DNA of 17,902 nucleotides from a virus (Duplodnaviria; Heunggongvirae; Uroviricota; Caudoviricetes): IMG/VR virus record IMGVR_UViG_2778261135_000007; one strand, 5' to 3'. Shown piece by piece: positions 14,925 to 17,902 of this stretch (position 1 is its first letter; each line of letters starts with the position of its first letter). The notes under the pieces were generated by a model. It saw only the letters and a program-made list of their open reading frames with translations, ran no database searches and was not told where the DNA came from. The position numbers and the translations under genes were made by a program.

Positions 14925-15140
14925 ATGAAATCAATGGATAAGTTAACAACAGGTGTTGCCTATGGCACATCGGCGGGTAATGCTGGTTTCTGGGCATTGC
15001 AGTTACTCGATAAAGTAACTCCGTCACAGTGGGCTGCAATCGGTGTGCTGGGTAGCCTGGTTTTTGGCCTGCTGACGTATCTGACAAATCTTTATTTCAA
15101 GATTAAAGAAGACAGGCGTAAGGCTGCGAGAGGAGAGTAA
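14925..15140 (+). CDS. essQ: Phage-21-type class II holin (pinholin/antiholin, S21-like), 71 aa with dual start
   Basis: [71 protein letters not shown] resembles recalled S21 closely. Met1-Lys-Ser-Met4 dual-start motif. GGTGAGGA Shine-Dalgarno. Two TM segments. Confidence 0.85.
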   Translation: MKSMDKLTTGVAYGTSAGNAGFWALQLLDKVTPSQWAAIGVLGSLVFGLLTYLTNLYFKIKEDRRKAARGE

Positions 15141-15144
15141 TCCA

Positions 15145-15452
15145 ATGACTCAAGACTATGAACTGGTTGTGAAAGGAGTCCGTAATTTTGAGAATAAAGT
15201 TACGGTAACTGTAGCCTTACAGGACAAAGAACGCTTTGACGGTGAAATTTTTGACCTGGATGTCGCCATGGACCGTGTTGAAGGAGCTGCGCTGGAGTTT
15301 TATGAGGCAGCAGCCAGAAGGAGCGTCCGGCAAGTCTTCCTGGAAGTAGCAGAAAAATTGTCAGAAAAAGTTGAGTCTTATCTGCAGCATCAGTACTCCT
15401 TTAAGATTGAAAATCCTGCCAATAAGCACGAGCGTCCTCATCATAAATATAT

Positions 15453-15456
<4 letters not shown>
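15145..15456 (+). CDS. ydfR: YdfR-like protein (DUF1327), 103 aa
   Basis: 103-aa ORF between the holin and endolysin genes, the same size and position as Qin ydfR. Confidence 0.75.
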
Positions 15457-16480
<1,024 letters not shown>

Positions 16481-16842
16481 GGTAATATTAAATCGGAACA
16501 TTTACATCGCGGAATGTAAAATTTAAATAAAAAGGACTCTTCCATGAGCCAAAATTCCTGAAATCTTAAGGGTAAGATAAAAGGTCTTAATCAGAATGAC
16601 ACGTTTTATTAATAAATAAAGCTATTCTTTCATTGCTGTGTTTTTCTTTACAAAAGTAATCCTTGCTATGGGTGGTTAATCATGCGTTAATGGTGTTCTG
16701 GTTTGTTACAAATTTATCTGAAGCAGTCATTGTTATAATTTTATTATTTGTATCTCTTGAGATTTCCTTGTTGGTTTTTCTCTCTGATATTTTTTTTCGG
16801 ACCATTCTGCCCAAGGGCTAATTTCTTCAAAAGGTAATAATT

Positions 16843-17055
16843 ATGTCTAACAAAATGACTGGTTTAGTGAAATGGTTTAACCCTGAAAAAGGTTTTGGTT
16901 TCATCACGCCGAAAGATGGCAGCAAAGATGTGTTTGTCCATTTCTCAGCAATTCAGAGCAACGATTTCAAAACATTAACTGAGAATCAGGAAGTTGAATT
17001 TGGTATTGAGAACGGACCTAAAGGTCCTGCCGCTGTTCATGTAGTGGCGCTTTGA
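16843..17055 (+). CDS. cspI: Cold shock protein CspI-like (70 aa)
   Basis: [70 protein letters not shown] with RNP1/RNP2 motifs. Long A/T-rich leader (16481-16842). Position after the lysis cassette as in Qin. Confidence 0.9.
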   Translation: MSNKMTGLVKWFNPEKGFGFITPKDGSKDVFVHFSAIQSNDFKTLTENQEVEFGIENGPKGPAAVHVVAL

Positions 17056-17258
17056 GGTAGACAATATTACAAACCATATTCACTTTAGATGCCCGTGTTG
17101 TCATGGTTCCCAGTATAGAACATCATCTTTTGATGTTTCTGACATGAATCCTTTCGGGGCAAAATGTATCTTTTGTAAATCAATGATGATTACATTTGAT
17201 AATATTTCACAATACTTAAATGCCAGCCGTCTGTCGTTGGATTTAAAAAAGTGAAAAT

Positions 17259-17283
17259 GAAGGCTCCTTCGGGAGCTTTTTTG
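17259..17283 (+). terminator. Candidate Rho-independent terminator
   Basis: GGCTCC-ttcg-GGAGC stem followed by TTTTTT. Confidence 0.5.
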
Positions 17284-17326
17284 CTTGGTGTCTATTCGAT
17301 GGATACTCACATACTACGGTAACATC

Positions 17327-17557
17327 ATGAAAAAAATCATAGTTTTTTTTAACTCTGAACCAGCAGTGGTAGTGCCAGCGATGACTGGAGTTAACACCAT
17401 CATGCGTGAATATCCAAATGGCGAAAAAACACACCTTACTGTAATGGCCGCAGGGTTTCCATCTCTGACCGGAGATCATAAAGTCATTTATGTAGCCGCG
17501 GATCGGCATGTTACTTCAGAAGAAATTCTGGAAGCAGCAATAAGGCTCTTGAGTTGA
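17327..17557 (+). CDS. ynfN: YnfN-like small protein
   Basis: The internal start at 17402 gives a 51-aa product (MREYPNGEKTHLTVMAAGFPSLTGDHKVIYVAADRHVTSEEILEAAIRLLS), the size recalled for YnfN. The upstream in-frame ATG at 17327 would give 76 aa. Lies between cspI and gnsB as in Qin. Confidence 0.55.
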   Translation: MKKIIVFFNSEPAVVVPAMTGVNTIMREYPNGEKTHLTVMAAGFPSLTGDHKVIYVAADRHVTSEEILEAAIRLLS

Positions 17558-17728
17558 TTTGATGCTATTGCATTGATAATTCAGGAAAATTCTCTTTGTC
17601 TGTTTGTGTAAAATTTAGACTATCGTATGTTGATTATTGCGATGTTTCATCTTATCTTTTACACGTTTGCACCATATAATCGACTTACTGTGTAACTGGA
17701 AAGTCATAACAGACTAAAAGAGGAAATG

Positions 17729-17902
17729 ATGAATATTGAAGACTTAAAAACAAAAGCAGAAGCAGATATTTCTGAATATATAACAAAAAAAATTATTGAA
17801 CTTAAGAAAAAGACCGGGAAAGAAGTTACCAGTATTCAGTTTACCGCACGGGAAAAAATGACGGGTCTTGAAAGCTATGATGTCAAGATTAATTTAATCT
17901 GA
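17729..17902 (+). CDS. gnsB: GnsB/GnsA-family small protein (57 aa)
   Basis: Not in the ORF track. AAAGAGGAA Shine-Dalgarno upstream. Translation MNIEDLKTKAEADISEYITKKIIELKKKTGKEVTSIQFTAREKMTGLESYDVKINLI; stop TGA is the last three bases of the window. An additional in-frame ATG lies 3 nt upstream. Confidence 0.7.
   Translation: MNIEDLKTKAEADISEYITKKIIELKKKTGKEVTSIQFTAREKMTGLESYDVKINLI

Noticed and set aside
17045-17257. Possible small zinc-ribbon peptide (RCPCCHGSQY ... CIFCKS) downstream of cspI, and minus ORFs 17101-17310 and 17243-17509
   Set aside because: The Cys-rich frame has no ATG, GTG or TTG start upstream of the first cysteine pair; the first in-frame ATG would exclude it. The minus-strand ORFs lack ribosome-binding sites and overlap ynfN.

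Overview
This window reads as the left arm through the early-lysis region of a Qin/Kim-like lambdoid prophage of Escherichia coli. Gene identities and the comparison with the K-12 Qin remnant are from memory of the protein and RNA sequences, not from a search. Left to right: a minus-strand integrase, excisionase-like gene and a large exonuclease; the DicB cell-division-inhibitor operon on the minus strand (ydfA, an extended ydfB-like ORF, a doubtful ydfC, the DicF sRNA, dicB, ydfD); the dicA/dicC immunity switch with palindromic operator candidates; a lambda-O-like replication gene with an internal iteron origin; a nin-like block of small unknown genes; an intact mok/hok type I toxin locus; rem, ydfU (DUF968) and a Q-family antiterminator; cold-shock paralogs cspB, cspI and a frameshifted cspF; a phage-21-type lysis cassette (pinholin, ydfR, SAR endolysin, Rz with nested Rz1); then ynfN and gnsB. 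Several real genes (ydfA, hok, gnsB, small hydrophobic peptides) fall below the ORF-track length cutoff. No single clearly novel system stands out; the least-explained parts are the three small proteins after the O-like gene, the small hydrophobic peptide ORFs upstream of hok, and the overlapping opposite-strand ORFs in the ydfB region. No tRNA, rRNA, CRISPR array or transposase was recognised. All coordinates and counts were worked out by hand from the sequence.
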